A DNA stretch of 64,000 bases from a virus. The translations under genes and the position numbers were made by a program. This document shows positions 38,960 to 46,548 of the stretch, one piece after another. The notes under the pieces were generated by a model that had not been told where the DNA came from, did not search any database, and saw only the letters and a list, made by a program, of their open reading frames with translations. Within the stretch, counting starts at the first letter, position 1. The number at the start of each line of letters is the position of its first letter. The stretch is taken from IMG/VR virus record IMGVR_UViG_3300028392_000050, positions 1-64,000 of that record; one strand, given 5' to 3'.

Positions 38960-39210
38960 TAGTCGTTCTCCTCTTTCTGTTTGATAAGGAACTCTAGGTC
39001 ATCAGCAAGTTCATACCCAGTCTGGGTGAACTCAATGTGACCTGATAGTGTTTGCTGTGCCTCTCCAATGAACTCTGACCATACTCTCTCTACATCTGCT
39101 CTATCTAAGCCTGTATCTACAAAGTAGGTCTTGTCCCAATACTCCACAATGATTTCATCATCTAGAGCATTGTCTTTTAGTATCTGTGCGATTAGGTCTT
39201 TTACCTTCAT
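38959..39210 (-). CDS. small acidic protein
   Basis: AGAAAGG RBS; first gene of its unit. Confidence 0.7.
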   Translation of the reverse strand: MKVKDLIAQILKDNALDDEIIVEYWDKTYFVDTGLDRADVERVWSEFIGEAQQTLSGHIEFTQTGYELADDLEFLIKQKEEND

Positions 39211-39289
39211 CTCTCAATTCCTTTCTGTGAATTGTAATACGAGTTTATACCTATCTCTCTCTAAATAGCAACTCTCCTGCGTGTATTCC

Positions 39290-39319
39290 AGGTAAACATT
39301 AGATGAACAACAGGTGAAC
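39290..39319 (-). promoter_or_regulatory. 11-bp-pitch GTTCACCT-type boxes
   Basis: AGGTAAAC-att-AGATGAAC-aac-AGGTGAAC on +. Confidence 0.8.
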
Positions 39320-39326
39320 AGCCCTG

Positions 39327-39401
39327 CCAACTCAACAATTTAGCCATTTAGCCATCCGACGATCCGGAGAAGATGGCTAAATGGCTAAATTGTTGAGTTG
39401 G
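39327..39401. repeat. palindromic element 1
   Basis: CCAACTCAACAATTTAGCCATTTAGCCATC-loop-GATGGCTAAATGGCTAAATTGTTGAGTTGG. Confidence 0.95.
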
Positions 39402-39512
39402 GAAAGCCCCCTAGCGTGATGAATGAAACGCTAGGGGGCTTTTATGCCAGAGAACCAGTCTGGCTTGGGTTGAGGGGCTGGGCTGGGAGAACCAGCCCCT
39501 CAAGTCTGTTGG

Positions 39513-40073
39513 TTAGTCTACCTCTACCTCTGTGTCGGAAATGTCAAATCCGTAACCAGCCTCGTCAAGGTCGCTGTTGGTAACGGTAGCTTCGGCTGTA
39601 ATGTTTAGGTCGCTCTCAATGTCGTCCCAGTCATAACCTCTAGGGGCTGTTACCTCTAGTGAGCCAGTAATGGTAATGTTTACTGTCTTAGTGACTTCTG
39701 CCTCAATGTCAAAGATTTCGCATAGTTCGTCACGAACTTCCTCGTCAATGTCGTTCCAGTTGTCGTCAAGAAATGTCTCAAGTTTGGTGACTTTCCTGAT
39801 TAGTTCCTGCCACTTCACATACCACTCTTGCTTTTCGGTTTCTAAGCTTTTTAGGTTTTTGTGTAGGTGAGTGAGTTCGTGGCGAATAGTTACCTTGTCG
39901 CCCCCAGTTACCCAGCCGTTATCTATGTAGCCATAGAACTTTACTTCTAGGTCTAAGACATCTGCTAGTGGCTTTACTGGTGTTGTTGCTAGTTCGGTCA
40001 GACCTGCCTCTGCGAGTTTTTCCTCAACAGTTAGTTCTGGCTTTGGTTCTTGGTTCTCTTGGTTCTCATACAT
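39513..40073 (-). CDS. acidic hypothetical protein
   Basis: Start moved to MYENQE after AGAAAGAGAG RBS; D/E-rich C-terminal half. Confidence 0.75.
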   Translation of the reverse strand: MYENQENQEPKPELTVEEKLAEAGLTELATTPVKPLADVLDLEVKFYGYIDNGWVTGGDKVTIRHELTHLHKNLKSLETEKQEWYVKWQELIRKVTKLETFLDDNWNDIDEEVRDELCEIFDIEAEVTKTVNITITGSLEVTAPRGYDWDDIESDLNITAEATVTNSDLDEAGYGFDISDTEVEVD

Positions 40074-40153
40074 AGTAATCTCTCTTTCTGTAGGTTGTGT
40101 ATTGCTATGTATTACTATTATGGCAGTTGGGGGTGGCAAAACCCAAATCCTAG

Positions 40154-40194
40154 AGGCAAACTCTAAGTAAAGCTTTTGTGAACAACAGGTAAAC
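40154..40194 (-). promoter_or_regulatory. four 11-bp-pitch boxes
   Basis: AGGCAAAC, AAGTAAAG, TTGTGAAC, AGGTAAAC at 40154/40165/40176/40187. Confidence 0.75.
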
Positions 40195-40201
40195 GGATCT
40201 C

Positions 40202-40268
40202 CCAACTCAACAAAGCCCAAAGCCCGATCTTTATTAGGGGCTTCGGGCTTTGGGCTTTGTTGAGTTGG
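40202..40268. repeat. palindromic element 2
   Basis: CCAACTCAACAAAGCCCAAAGCCCGA-loop-TCGGGCTTTGGGCTTTGTTGAGTTGG. Confidence 0.95.
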
Positions 40269-40352
40269 CACGAAAAAACCCCCCAGCGAGAACCTTGGGA
40301 GTTCGCTGGGGGGCTGGTATTATCGGGCTAGACACCAACACACCCGATAAGT

Positions 40353-40703
40353 CTAACTAGGCTGGTGAGCCTCTGGCTCTACCTCTACCCACTCGCCGTC
40401 TATGAACTGTTTTTCGTTCACTAACTCACTAATAGCCCCTGAGTATAGGTCATAGTAAAAGGCGTATAAATCAACCTTTTGTAAATCCTCTATTGTTTCG
40501 GCACTGTCATAGCCAAACTCTTTCCACCTGTTTTGATACTCAAAGTCTAGGCTAGCCCAGTCTAATTGAATGTTAGCCGTATAAACTGGAACTGCTCCGT
40601 CGGCGTATTCGTGAGCGATGTCCTCGGGATAAGGTCGCCCTAAAATCCACTCTCGGTTATCCCAGATTTCTTGGTTGATTTCTGTTTCTGTCCAAAGTGC
40701 CAT
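40353..40703 (-). CDS. Ocr (T7 gp0.3)-like DNA mimic, copy 1
   Basis: 116 aa, acidic; EDIAHEYADGAVPVYTANI aligns with the recalled Ocr segment DAIHMAADNAVPHYYADI. Confidence 0.65.
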   Translation of the reverse strand: MALWTETEINQEIWDNREWILGRPYPEDIAHEYADGAVPVYTANIQLDWASLDFEYQNRWKEFGYDSAETIEDLQKVDLYAFYYDLYSGAISELVNEKQFIDGEWVEVEPEAHQPS

Positions 40704-40729
40704 TTGCTGGTTCTCTCTTTCTGTTTGGT

Positions 40730-40819
40730 GTAGCCCCTTTGGCTACTCTCTTATACTAATGCCACCTAATGACTTATTAGGTAGCGAGCTGATGAATGTC
40801 AGGTTAATATTAGGTAAAC
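40730..40819 (-). promoter_or_regulatory. cassette promoter: four boxes, -10 TAGTAT, 5' hairpin
   Basis: Boxes at 40779/40790/40801/40812; minus strand GCTACCT-N20-TAGTAT-AAGAGA-GTAGCCAAAGGGGCTAC. Confidence 0.75.
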
Positions 40820-40826
40820 GGATCAA

Positions 40827-40903
40827 GCCAACTCAACAAAAGCCATTTAGCCAACCCTCTTATCTAGTGGGTGTTATGGCTAAATGGCTTTTGTTGAGTT
40901 GGC
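40827..40903. repeat. palindromic element 3
   Basis: GCCAACTCAACAAAAGCCATTTAGCCA-loop-TGGCTAAATGGCTTTTGTTGAGTTGGC. Confidence 0.95.
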
Positions 40904-40951
40904 AAAAACCCCCTAGCAAGTCAGGTTGCTAGGGGGCTGGTCTTTGCCGGT

Positions 40952-41317
40952 TTATCCGTAAGTCAGTTCACCGAAAATCGCATACTGGATAACCATATCG
41001 CCAAAGCAAGCGTCAGCGTCCTCAATGTCTAGGGAGTAAGTGCCACAGTGCTTCTGCCCTGCGTTTAGAGCCAACTGGTATCCCTTTGCTAGTTGCGCTA
41101 GCGTAACGGTGTGCCACTTGTCTTCTTCCTCGTCATACAACTTAAAGTCCTGTGGGTTAGGCTCGTAGTCTGGCAAGTGCCAAAGGCTAATCTTGCTACC
41201 ATCAGGCTTACGGATTTTACTCGCCCAGTAGGTAATACCTGCGCCATCACAGCCCCAGATACCTTCCCACAAATCATCAAGCGAAACCTCTACGCTTACA
41301 GTGATTACCTCGCTCAT
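40952..41317 (-). CDS. acidic hypothetical phage protein
   Basis: GITYWA...DADACFGDMVIQYAIFGELTYG. Confidence 0.75.
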   Translation of the reverse strand: MSEVITVSVEVSLDDLWEGIWGCDGAGITYWASKIRKPDGSKISLWHLPDYEPNPQDFKLYDEEEDKWHTVTLAQLAKGYQLALNAGQKHCGTYSLDIEDADACFGDMVIQYAIFGELTYG

Positions 41318-41424
41318 TAGTATCCTGCCTTTTCTAGAATAGCAAGCACAGTATCTACCTGCTCGTCGGTTAGTTTCTCTATTGCTTCGGTGTTGATTAC
41401 ACTCTCGCCGAATAGATTTTCCAT
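41317..41424 (-). CDS. 35-aa acidic peptide (not in ORF track)
   Basis: MENLFGESVINTEAIEKLTDEQVDTVLAILEKAGY; AGAAAGAGAGAACC RBS. Confidence 0.7.
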   Translation of the reverse strand: MENLFGESVINTEAIEKLTDEQVDTVLAILEKAGY

Positions 41425-41444
41425 TGGTTCTCTCTTTCTTTTAG

Positions 41445-41533
41445 GTAGCCCTTTTGGCTACATACTCACTCTATACCACAGGCGACCAGACAAGGTAGCC
41501 GGTGAGTAAATGGCAAATGAACGTTAGGTGAAC
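41445..41533 (-). promoter_or_regulatory. cassette promoter
   Basis: Boxes at 41493/41504/41515/41526; GCTACCT-N19-TAGAGT; GTAGCCAAAAGGGCTAC hairpin. Confidence 0.75.
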
Positions 41534-41539
41534 AAAGCA

Positions 41540-41614
41540 GCCAACTCAACAAATAGCCAACAGCCATACATCCGATCAGGATTAGTATGGCTGTTGGCTA
41601 TTTGTTGAGTTGGC
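41540..41614. repeat. palindromic element 4
   Basis: GCCAACTCAACAAATAGCCAACAGCCATAC-loop-GTATGGCTGTTGGCTATTTGTTGAGTTGGC. Confidence 0.95.
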
Positions 41615-41682
41615 ATAAAAAAGCCCCAGAGCGAAAGGGGGGTCGCTCTGGGGCTGTGGTTAGAGTAGGGAAATGAGAGAAC

Positions 41683-41937
41683 CTACTCTAAGTTTGTTTC
41701 GTTGTTTAGTATGTAAAGCACATACAAAGTTTCTGTTTTTTCTGTATGAACAAAAGTATACTTAGGAAACTTTCTGCGTAAATAAGTTATTTCGGTTCGC
41801 TTTACAGGGTTATTGTAAATAGCCCATTGGTTCGGGTGTTTTGTAAGTTCTGTTAGAAACGGCTCAATGTTTCTAATAGTGCTTCCTGCTCTGCCTTTTT
41901 TTGGAACTAGGCTTTCGTCAATAAACTTGATTTCCAT
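41683..41937 (-). CDS. hypothetical protein
   Basis: GAGGAGG RBS; coupled. Confidence 0.65.
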   Translation of the reverse strand: MEIKFIDESLVPKKGRAGSTIRNIEPFLTELTKHPNQWAIYNNPVKRTEITYLRRKFPKYTFVHTEKTETLYVLYILNNETNLE

Positions 41938-42131
41938 TAGTTTTCCTCCTCATTTTCGCCAAAGGCTTCTCTGGCTTCTTCCATTAGACCCATAGCATCT
42001 CGTAACGCTTGGTCTAGGCTGGTGAAACCCTGTATCCTAATCGGCTCAATAGGTTCTAAGCCTTTGTAGTCGTTACAGGTTGGGCATACTGCTTGCTCGG
42101 TGTGTGTTCCGTCAAATACACAAACGCTCAT
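41937..42131 (-). CDS. small zinc-binding acidic protein
   Basis: C...CPTCNDYKG; coupled. Confidence 0.65.
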   Translation of the reverse strand: MSVCVFDGTHTEQAVCPTCNDYKGLEPIEPIRIQGFTSLDQALRDAMGLMEEAREAFGENEEEN

Positions 42132-42409
42132 TAGTTCTCCTCATCCTCGATAATGGTGTTATTGGTGTTGTCTGGCTCGTCGTGAGGTTCGCCACACTCA
42201 TCACATTTTTCTTCACGACACTCAAAGCAAGAGCCGTCTAGGTCTAGTTCTCGTTCGCAACCTCCACAGACCTCTTCGAAGTCGATAGACTCGGTGCCAG
42301 AGTAGTAAGAGTTCAGGTCAGACAAAAACGCCTTCTCTGCCTCTTCTTGTGTGTTGCCTTCTACTACACCCTCGTATTCATAGAGGGCTTTGATTTTGTA
42401 AAATGCCAT
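42131..42409 (-). CDS. acidic Cys-rich protein
   Basis: Start moved to MAFYKI after AAAGAGAGAACC RBS; CGGC, CFEC, CDEC. Confidence 0.7.
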   Translation of the reverse strand: MAFYKIKALYEYEGVVEGNTQEEAEKAFLSDLNSYYSGTESIDFEEVCGGCERELDLDGSCFECREEKCDECGEPHDEPDNTNNTIIEDEEN

Positions 42410-42436
42410 TTGGTTCTCTCTTTCGTTTCTCATTTA

Positions 42437-42525
42437 TGTAGCCTTTTGACTACTCTCTAATACTAGGGTATAGGGCACGCCCACAGGTAGCCGTCAGGTA
42501 AAAGCCAGATGAACAACAGATGAAC
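42437..42525 (-). promoter_or_regulatory. cassette promoter
   Basis: Boxes at 42485/42496/42507/42518; GCTACCT-N19-TAGTAT-TAGAGA-GTAGTCAAAAGGCTAC. Confidence 0.75.
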
Positions 42526-42533
42526 AGATCGCC

Positions 42534-42600
42534 CCAACTCAACAAACAACAGCCAGCCAGCTTTTATATAGCTTTGGCTGGCTGTTGTTTGTTGAGTTGG
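42534..42600. repeat. palindromic element 5
   Basis: CCAACTCAACAAACAACAGCCAGCCA-loop-TGGCTGGCTGTTGTTTGTTGAGTTGG. Confidence 0.95.
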
Positions 42601-42681
42601 CAAGAAAAAGCCCCCCTGCTCCTAGATTTAGCAGGGGGGCGGTGTTGGCGAGGGGATGAATGGAAACCTCACCAAGTCTAT

Positions 42682-43050
42682 TTAGTCCTCGCCGAAGAAC
42701 TCCTCGGCTGTGAGGGTGTGAGAGCGTTGAGTTTCTTTGATACGCTCCTGCTCATCACGCTCCTTAACTAACGCCTCAATTTCGGTGTAATAGTGTTCTT
42801 GGTAATAAATCCAGAGGTCAAGGTGCATTAGGGTATAAATGCTGTCTGGCAGAGTGTCGGTCATTTCATTAAACCTATTTAGATACTCAGTAGGTAATGA
42901 GCGCCACTCGTCTAGGATTTCACTGTGCCACACTGGCACGCCACTATCGGCGTATTCACCTGCCAAGTCTTGTGGATAAGTCTGCTCCAATAGGTATTCT
43001 TTATCAGCTAAGATTTCTGCCTTAAACTGCTCTGGTGTATAAAGTGCCAT
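42682..43050 (-). CDS. Ocr-like DNA mimic, copy 2
   Basis: 122 aa, acidic; QDLAGEYADSGVPVWHSEI; clear paralogue of 40353-40703. Confidence 0.6.
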   Translation of the reverse strand: MALYTPEQFKAEILADKEYLLEQTYPQDLAGEYADSGVPVWHSEILDEWRSLPTEYLNRFNEMTDTLPDSIYTLMHLDLWIYYQEHYYTEIEALVKERDEQERIKETQRSHTLTAEEFFGED

Positions 43051-43075
43051 TTTGTAGTTCTCTTTCTCTCAATTT

Positions 43076-43165
43076 GTAGCCCCTTTGACTACTCTCTAAC
43101 TCTACACCCCTAGGGGGACTTACTAGGTAGCGACGAGGTGAATGTCAAATGAACAGCAAGTGAAC
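43076..43165 (-). promoter_or_regulatory. cassette promoter
   Basis: Boxes at 43125/43136/43147/43158; GCTACCT-N20-TAGAGT-TAGAGA-GTAGTCAAAGGGGCTAC. Confidence 0.75.
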
Positions 43166-43173
43166 AGATCGCT

Positions 43174-43243
43174 CCAACTCAACAAAGCCACAAAGCCATA
43201 CACCGATCTAGGTAAGTATGGCTTTGTGGCTTTGTTGAGTTGG
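43174..43243. repeat. palindromic element 6
   Basis: CCAACTCAACAAAGCCACAAAGCCATAC-loop-GTATGGCTTTGTGGCTTTGTTGAGTTGG. Confidence 0.95.
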
Positions 43244-43300
43244 CATAAGAAAACTCCCCTGCCAGTTTCGGCAGGGGAGTCCTTTTCTTGAGAGAGAAAC

Positions 43301-43879
43301 TTATCCCTCGACCTCGAGCAATACCTCGAAGCCGTATGCGTCTTTTATCCAATCAGCGTTTAGCGTGAATAACTTTTCTACAACCTCAGAATAACCGAAA
43401 TCTTCATCAGTAATCCACTCAGTTCTAGTTTCGCCGTCATTGGCAGTAAATACCTTAGCGTATTCTACGCTAACCCGATAAACCTCACCAGCGAACCTAG
43501 CGTCAAAATCCTCAGCGACAGACTCTAATCCCTTAGCATTCCATTCCTTTCTCAAGTCATAGATAACCATTGTGTGCCATTCGCCTTGACTAAATCCCTT
43601 TAGTCCATAGATAAGGAACGGAATACCCTCGCCTGTGAAGTAATCGCTAACGGCGTCCTCAATTAGAGTGCCGTCCGAAACAATTTCCTCAATTTCAGTC
43701 TTGGCGTCATCATCAGTGGAATAACGGGTGAAGTTGTTTGGAGCGTGGAGTGTCTGAACGCCTAAGCCAATATTGCGAGCAACCTGATCGATAGTGTCAT
43801 AGTCCTCTTCATAATCAGCAACAACTCTCACGCTTGGGCTAATTTGGAATACTTGTTCTCTTTTTGTTTCTACTAACAT
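43301..43879 (-). CDS. acidic hypothetical protein
   Basis: 192 aa, D/E-rich; GFSQGEW and FAGEVY motifs. Confidence 0.75.
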   Translation of the reverse strand: MLVETKREQVFQISPSVRVVADYEEDYDTIDQVARNIGLGVQTLHAPNNFTRYSTDDDAKTEIEEIVSDGTLIEDAVSDYFTGEGIPFLIYGLKGFSQGEWHTMVIYDLRKEWNAKGLESVAEDFDARFAGEVYRVSVEYAKVFTANDGETRTEWITDEDFGYSEVVEKLFTLNADWIKDAYGFEVLLEVEG

Positions 43880-43954
43880 AATTACTACTCTCTCTTGTGA
43901 GCAAGTCCTCTGTGCCTTGCTTCACTTACTACAATACACCACGCCAAGCGTGTT

Positions 43955-43995
43955 AGCTAAACGCTAGGTTGATGTTAGGTGAACACTAGGTGAAT
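43955..43995 (-). promoter_or_regulatory. four 11-bp-pitch boxes
   Basis: AGCTAAAC, AGGTTGAT, AGGTGAAC, AGGTGAAT at 43955/43966/43977/43988. Confidence 0.75.
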
Positions 43996-44001
43996 AAGCC
44001 T

Positions 44002-44076
44002 GCCAACTCAACAAATTAGCTAATTAGCCGATCTAAGGTTACACCGGCGGCTAATTAGCTAATTTGTTGAGTTGGC
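44002..44076. repeat. palindromic element 7
   Basis: GCCAACTCAACAAATTAGCTAATTAGCCG-loop-CGGCTAATTAGCTAATTTGTTGAGTTGGC. Confidence 0.95.
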
Positions 44077-44129
44077 GCAAAGTTCACCCACTGTTCATCT
44101 CTGAACAGCAGGTGAACTCTGGCTGAACT

Positions 44130-44423
44130 TTAGTCCTCTGCTGGCACGCCGTTCTGGTAGTCCTCAATGCTGTCGTAAGATACGCCCTCAACTCTAATTG
44201 CCCCGTGGCTGTGGATGAGGTAATCAGTTTCACTTGACATCATAAGAACTTGCTGGAGGTTAGCAATTAGAGTTCTAGCCGCTTCACGGGTAATCTCAAC
44301 CTGAACTGCTGACGGCTGAACTAGCCCGTCCTCTAGGTGATAGAGGTTGCGAATGGTTAGGCTAATGTCAGCGTTTCCAGTGTGTCTGCTATCATTTAGC
44401 AGGATGTTAGTTTCTACTCTCAC
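44130..44423 (-). CDS. hypothetical protein
   Basis: AGAAAGAGAACC RBS, GTG start. Confidence 0.7.
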   Translation of the reverse strand: MRVETNILLNDSRHTGNADISLTIRNLYHLEDGLVQPSAVQVEITREAARTLIANLQQVLMMSSETDYLIHSHGAIRVEGVSYDSIEDYQNGVPAED

Positions 44424-44570
44424 TTGGTTCTCTTTCTATTTTGGGCAAACTCTCTTGGTTTGCCTCACTTACTAACTTACAGGATTACACCTAAACAATA
44501 GGTATTAGTTTGATGAACGGCAGATGAATTAAGAATTAACCTGCTGTTAACCTAGGGTTCACCCCCCGTT

Positions 44571-44632
44571 CAACTCAACAAAATAGCTGGCAACAAACAA
44601 CGTTGCCTAGCTATTTTAAATTGTTGAGTTGG
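44571..44632. repeat. palindromic element 8 (imperfect)
   Basis: CAACTCAACAAAATAGCTGGCAAC-loop-GTTGCCTAGCTATTTTAAATTGTTGAGTTGG. Confidence 0.85.
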
Positions 44633-44709
44633 CGGCTGTTCACCAAAAGTTCATCTAATGTTAACTTTCCCCGAAGGGAGGAGGGCTGGTTTCCCAGCCC
44701 TCCTGTTTG

Positions 44710-45069
44710 CTAAGCTTCTAGCCCTGCGATTACCTGTTCTTTGGTATCTGTTGGTTCTACCCCTGGCTTGCTGTAATCAGCAAGTAGGCAATCCTCATCA
44801 CAGATAACTCTAACCTGTGCCCTGCTCCACAGCCCTTGGTGAGTATTACACCACCAATCAAATCCGTCTGCCTTGTCGCCTGTAAAGTAATCGCTTAGGT
44901 TTCTGTCCAAGGCTGGTATCCAAATTTCTGGGAATTTCCAAGGCTTTTCCAAGGCATAAGTATCAAACTTTAAACCTCGTGCCTTGTAAGCGTTTAGAAT
45001 TGAGCCGATTAGGTTGAGTAGTTCTAATGAACCTAGTTCATCAATTCTTTCTAGATAACTTTTTTCCAT
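44710..45069 (-). CDS. hypothetical protein
   Basis: GAAGGA RBS; YALEKPWKF motif. Confidence 0.7.
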   Translation of the reverse strand: MEKSYLERIDELGSLELLNLIGSILNAYKARGLKFDTYALEKPWKFPEIWIPALDRNLSDYFTGDKADGFDWWCNTHQGLWSRAQVRVICDEDCLLADYSKPGVEPTDTKEQVIAGLEA

Positions 45070-45129
45070 TTGTTTGTCCTTCTTGTTTGGAGGTTTGGGG
45101 GAGGTTGCCCTCCCCCGTCGCCTGTTTGA

Positions 45130-45396
45130 TTAGTTAGTTCTAGTGGTTAGGGAAATTGGAAATTGTGAGTAAGTTCCCTCAGTACAATAGGTTAGTTTTC
45201 CCCAAGGTGTGTGGATAGAGTAGTTGTATCCCTCGCAGTTAGGCTCGTGGTTCTTGTCGCAGTTTGTCTCCAAGTCAATTTTTACGGGTTCTACAAACTC
45301 AATGTGGTTATTTTCCCAAATTGCCATTACATAGCCATACCATAGTTCATTTTCTGGTCCAGAGGTAATGTGTTGTTCGGTAATTCTAATTTCCAT
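45130..45396 (-). CDS. hypothetical protein
   Basis: AGAGAGAGAACC RBS. Confidence 0.7.
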   Translation of the reverse strand: MEIRITEQHITSGPENELWYGYVMAIWENNHIEFVEPVKIDLETNCDKNHEPNCEGYNYSIHTPWGKLTYCTEGTYSQFPISLTTRTN

Positions 45397-45534
45397 TTTG
45401 GTTCTCTCTCTAATCTGGAGAGGTTCTCTTGCCCTCTCTCAATTACTACATTACAGGATACTTATTTGGATCTATACCAATTCAGATGAACGTCAGGTAA
45501 ATTAATTGTTCACCTAATGTTCACCTAACCCCCC

Positions 45535-45623
45535 GCCAACTCAACAATTTATGGCAACGAAGTTGCCTATAAATTGTCAAAAAAGCCTGTTAGCTATGCT
45601 ACAGGCTTTTTTGTTGAGTTGGC
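45535..45623. repeat. palindromic element 9 (branched, two inner hairpins)
   Basis: GCCAACTCAACAA...[GGCAAC-gaa-GTTGCC][AAAAAAGCCTGT...ACAGGCTTTTTT]...GTTGAGTTGGC. Confidence 0.9.
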
Positions 45624-45668
45624 AAGGCTTAGCCAGCCGGGGTCTCCGGCTGGCTTGCCTAATCCCTC

Positions 45669-45998
45669 CTAGTGTCCTGACTTGTAGAGTTCTAGATACT
45701 GCTCAATGGCTTGGAGCAAAGCGTTGTGGTTGCCCTCGTAGCGTTCCACTAGATACGCAAAACGCTTAGCCCAAAGTTTGCGGCGTTCGTCTTGGATGTA
45801 GTAAACGGCAGCTGAATAGCCCTGCTCCTCTAGAGTGTGGTAGCCGACATCTTCGCAAGTCCAGCAAGCGTTTTCCATGTCGTAGCCAGCAGTGAACTTG
45901 CCGTGGCAGCAAGAGCCTTGGGCGATACGCTCACGCAAGTATGCGATTTGAGCGTTCTTGACGGCAATGGCTTCACGGGCGATTTGTGCGTTTAGCAT
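45669..45998 (-). CDS. Cys-containing hypothetical protein
   Basis: AGAGAGAACC RBS; CCHG...CWTCED. Confidence 0.7.
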   Translation of the reverse strand: MLNAQIAREAIAVKNAQIAYLRERIAQGSCCHGKFTAGYDMENACWTCEDVGYHTLEEQGYSAAVYYIQDERRKLWAKRFAYLVERYEGNHNALLQAIEQYLELYKSGH

Positions 45999-46138
45999 TT
46001 GGTTCTCTCTACACCCACGCCCCTTGCGTGGTGTGTCCTCTCAGTCTAGCAACCTAGAAATAGATCACCCTCTCTCTAAGATGAACACTTGGCAAACAAC
46101 TTAGATCATTTTTATTCATCTAATGTTCACCTAGGGGC

Positions 46139-46232
46139 CCAACTCAACAAAGGCTATTGACAGCAAAGCTGCCTAATAGCCTTATAATACCTAGGCTATG
46201 TATATCATAGCCAGGTATTATTGTTGAGTTGG
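46139..46232. repeat. palindromic element 10 (branched, two inner hairpins)
   Basis: CCAACTCAACAA[AGGCTATT...AATAGCCT][ATAATACCT..GGCTATG...CATAGCCAGGTATTAT]TGTTGAGTTGG. Confidence 0.9.
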
Positions 46233-46302
46233 CGAGGGTCTCCTCTGCTCCCCGAGAACGCCAAGACCAGCCCCCATCGCTGGGGGCTGGCTGGCTGATT
46301 AC

Positions 46303-46548
46303 TTACATAACTTTGTGTCCGCAATCACACTTTTCATCGTGGTCGCCACCCAGTGAGCCTTCTGGCAAGCCTAGACTACGCTCCAACAAGTCTAGCCCAG
46401 TCCAGAAGGACTCACGCCATCCTGGGCTGTCATCCCAGTCCTGTTGGTGATAGTAGTCTAGAGCATACTCTATCTCGTTCACTAACTGATTAGCGGTTTT
46501 TGTAATTGGCTGGTCGGATAGGGTTGCCCAGATTTGTTCTTTTATCAT
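46303..46548 (-). CDS. small acidic protein
   Basis: AAGGA RBS; ATGA overlap. Confidence 0.65.
   Translation of the reverse strand: MIKEQIWATLSDQPITKTANQLVNEIEYALDYYHQQDWDDSPGWRESFWTGLDLLERSLGLPEGSLGGDHDEKCDCGHKVM

Noticed and set aside
39327-46232. CRISPR array interpretation of the repeats
   Set aside because: Intervals are gene-sized and coding, repeat interiors vary, and there is no cas operon
37354-46232. Classical integron
   Set aside because: No IntI or other tyrosine recombinase in the window, cassettes have their own promoters, and most arms lack the extrahelical bases typical of attC; kept only as an analogy
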